A stretch of DNA of 62,962 bases from an uncultured Planctomycetales bacterium (lineage in GTDB: Bacteria > Omnitrophota > Gorgyraeia > Zapsychrales > Aceulaceae): positions 1-62,962 of the forward strand of contig CAZYOA010000010.1 of the NCBI GenBank assembly GCA_964648665.1. The letters are read 5' to 3'. Below the pieces are notes generated by a model. The model ran no database searches. It was not told the DNA's origin and was given only the letters and a program-made list of their open reading frames with translations. The position numbers and the translations under genes were made by a program. Shown one piece after another: positions 60,998-62,962 of this stretch (the stretch's first letter is position 1; each line of letters starts with the position of its first letter).

Positions 60998-61488
60998 CGG
61001 CCTATTGATTGGCCAGCTGATTGAATTAAACTTTGCATTTTTGGGTTCTGAAGAAGTTTTTGAAATTTTGGATTGTTTTGAATTTTTTGGAAATCTTGAG
61101 CCATAATGGCATTTGTAAGTTCAGGGTCTGATAGAACTTTTTGAATTTGCGGATCGCGTGAAATAGATTCAATTTCAGAGGCCACTTTTGGATTTCCAAG
61201 AATTTGTTGTTGATATTGAGTCATCTGCTCCTCTGATACTAGGCGAGAAGAAGGGTTGGAAGATTCAGTTAAAGGTTTGCTTGAAGATATGCTTGTAATA
61301 TTGCTATCTTCAACTTCTATTGTTCCAAAAGATGTTTTGATAAAATATGTTTCTCCATCAAGGCCAACAATATTACCTTTAATCTCAGATCCATCGTTAA
61401 GCGTAATTGTTTTTAAGTTTTGGGCGTAAGAAGTTTGGCAAATAAGAAATATGCACATGAAGATAAGGCTAAAGCTATATTTTTTCAT
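60994..61488 (-). CDS. Secreted hypothetical protein with a small N-terminal beta domain and an STI1-like helical tail
   Basis: Signal peptide ending SYA; TITLNDGSEIKGNI beta motif; DPQIQKVLSDPEL...NNPKFQKLLQNPKMQ tail; GGAG RBS. Confidence 0.7.
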   Translation of the reverse strand: MKKYSFSLIFMCIFLICQTSYAQNLKTITLNDGSEIKGNIVGLDGETYFIKTSFGTIEVEDSNITSISSSKPLTESSNPSSRLVSEEQMTQYQQQILGNPKVASEIESISRDPQIQKVLSDPELTNAIMAQDFQKIQNNPKFQKLLQNPKMQSLIQSAGQSIGR

Positions 61489-61621
61489 AAATCCTCCGAT
61501 TTCTATTTTTTATAGTATAGCTTAATTATAGGGAAAATACAATTTTGTAGGATTTAAGATAAGCTTATTTTTTTATTCTTATAGGATTTAATTTAAGGTA
61601 TAATATTTTACGTTTGGATGG

Positions 61622-62056
61622 GTGATTGAAGATAAGGAGCTCGTAAGAATGGGAACCATTGAACATCGAAAACTTTTTCGCGTTCAGACTACAATTAAGA
61701 TTTCTTATGAATCAATGCGCGATTCATCTGTTCAAGGTGATGCGTACACTGCTGATGTCAGTTCAATCGGTGCCCAAATTATTGCAAAACAACCTATAGA
61801 TGTTGGAGAAGAGCTTTCGATTAAGTTTTTTATTGAAAATCAAAAAGATCCAATTTGTTCATCTGCAAAAGTTGTTTGGCAGAAGCGATGTGGATATATT
61901 CCTGATAATCAAAAGTCGTATTATACTATGGGAATTATACTTCTGGATATGTCTTGTGATGATGCGATTTTGACATCAGATTATATTTTTGAAGTTGCTA
62001 AAAAACAGCAAATTGAGAACGAAAAGCGTATTATCGATCAACTTGAGTTAGGATAG
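61622..62056 (+). CDS. PilZ domain protein
   Basis: EHRKLFRV (RxxxR), ADVSSIG (DxSxxG), KVVWQK. GTG start. Confidence 0.8.
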   Translation: MIEDKELVRMGTIEHRKLFRVQTTIKISYESMRDSSVQGDAYTADVSSIGAQIIAKQPIDVGEELSIKFFIENQKDPICSSAKVVWQKRCGYIPDNQKSYYTMGIILLDMSCDDAILTSDYIFEVAKKQQIENEKRIIDQLELG

Positions 62057-62067
62057 TTAGCTACTTT

Positions 62068-62733
62068 ATGGACCTTTCATTTATTGTTCCTGTTTATAAT
62101 CAAAAAAATTCTATTGCTTATGCCTGCGATGCCCTTGAGCATGTTGCAAAGAATGTAAATTTAAAATGTGAAATTTTATTATGTGATGATGCTAGCCAAG
62201 ATGGTAGCACTGAGGTGGTTAGAGAAATTTCTGCTCGGCGTTGGATGATCAAGGAGATTCTGCATAAACGGCATCAGGGATTTGGTGAAACTTTTCGCGA
62301 ACTTCTTAAAGAATCTCAGGGAACAATTGTTATTTATTTAGATCCGACTTTACCGTTTGATATTGATCACTTTTCTGCTATTTTGGCTAAAATTAGAAAT
62401 CGTGATATTGTTGTTGCTTCTCGCTTCGTAGGAGATAAGAATTTGAAGAATGTAAAAATAGGATTATCGTCAAGAATCTATCAGTTCTTAAGTAAAGTTT
62501 TCTTGAATGTTGACATCCAAGATCTTGAATCTGCTATGGTTTTGATGCGCAGGGAAAAAGTAATAGATCTGACTTTAAGAGCAAAAGAAAAAGGAATTTT
62601 CCCGGAGATGTATGCTCTCGCGCGACACAAAGATTTAATTATTAAAGAAGTTACTGTTGATTTAAGGCGTAATCAAAAAATACCCCATCCATCCGTCTCG
62701 TTTAAAGACTTTATTGACCTTCTAACAACTTAA
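62068..62733 (+). CDS. Glycosyltransferase family 2 (polyprenol-phosphate hexosyltransferase-like)
   Basis: LSFIVPVYNQ, EILLCDDASQDGS, HQGFG, DIVVASRF. Confidence 0.85.
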   Translation: MDLSFIVPVYNQKNSIAYACDALEHVAKNVNLKCEILLCDDASQDGSTEVVREISARRWMIKEILHKRHQGFGETFRELLKESQGTIVIYLDPTLPFDIDHFSAILAKIRNRDIVVASRFVGDKNLKNVKIGLSSRIYQFLSKVFLNVDIQDLESAMVLMRREKVIDLTLRAKEKGIFPEMYALARHKDLIIKEVTVDLRRNQKIPHPSVSFKDFIDLLTT

Positions 62734-62782
62734 TTTGTATTTTGTGGGATTATTCTTTAGTGCTTTTCTAGAAGAAGAAAAG

Positions 62783-62866
62783 TGCTGGAGGAGGGAGTTG
62801 AACCCTCATGCCCGCGAAGACACTGGTTTTTGAGACCAGCGCGTATACCAGTTCCGCCACTCCAGC
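62783..62866 (-). tRNA. tRNA-Leu: tRNA-Leu(CAA)
   Basis: GCTGGAG acceptor, D-arm GGCGGAACTGGTATACGC, anticodon arm CTGGT-CTCAAAA-ACCAG, long variable arm, GGTTCAACTCC. CCA is not encoded. Confidence 0.95.
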
Positions 62867-62884
62867 AATGATCTTATATGTATC

Positions 62885-62960
62885 TGGTGGAGCTGGAGGG
62901 ATTTGAACCCTCGACCCCTTGCATGCCATGCAAGTACTCTCCCAGCTGAGCTACAGCCCC
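62885..62960 (-). tRNA. tRNA-Ala: tRNA-Ala(GGC)
   Basis: GGGGCTGTAGCTCAGCTGGGAGAG, anticodon arm CTTGC-ATGGCAT-GCAAG, GGTTCAAATCC, ends TCCACCA. 76 nt. Confidence 0.97.
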
Positions 62961-62962
62961 AA

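Noticed and set aside
1-62962. Diversity-generating retroelement, transposase, integrase or prophage
   Set aside because: No reverse transcriptase, DDE/HUH/tyrosine recombinase or virion gene motifs were recognised in the window.

Overview
AT-rich bacterial chromosome segment. Standard genetic code; TGA is used as a stop at 45862 and 52664. About 70% of the window is one uninterrupted giant ORF. The ORF track calls it 242..44062 (14,606 aa), but the same frame is open back to base 2, so the protein is at least 14,686 aa and 5'-partial. It begins with a ~2,000-aa coiled-coil stalk followed by a string of unrelated enzyme- and toxin-like domains and membrane anchors. These include a TolB-like propeller behind an internal twin-arginine signal, a RelA/SpoT synthetase-like module and a separate HD hydrolase, GDPD, methyltransferase-like, RelE-like, cupin, ATP-grasp, GNAT, HD, PIG-L, HExxH peptidase, Gfo/Idh/MocA, DesII-like radical SAM and JAMM domains. 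Almost every domain boundary carries a short (A/S)SS(S/P/N)-hydrophobic motif, roughly 40 copies by manual count. This looks like a punctuated cargo polyprotein. Giant genes of this kind are typical of Candidatus Omnitrophota, but that assignment is inference only. Downstream lie a GT-C-like membrane protein, a U32 peptidase and a large secreted S8 subtilase with FG-GAP and PKD domains. Next come a decayed tRNA-fMet-like 3' fragment and a ~2.7 kb array of small orphan membrane or secreted genes, each preceded by a repeated promoter-bearing element; one copy fires directly into a G-quadruplex motif. Housekeeping genes follow (comM/yifB, DUF212, L,D-transpeptidase, accA, rlmN, PilZ, GT2, tRNA-Leu, tRNA-Ala). 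Domain calls are from motif recognition by eye and domain coordinates are approximate.
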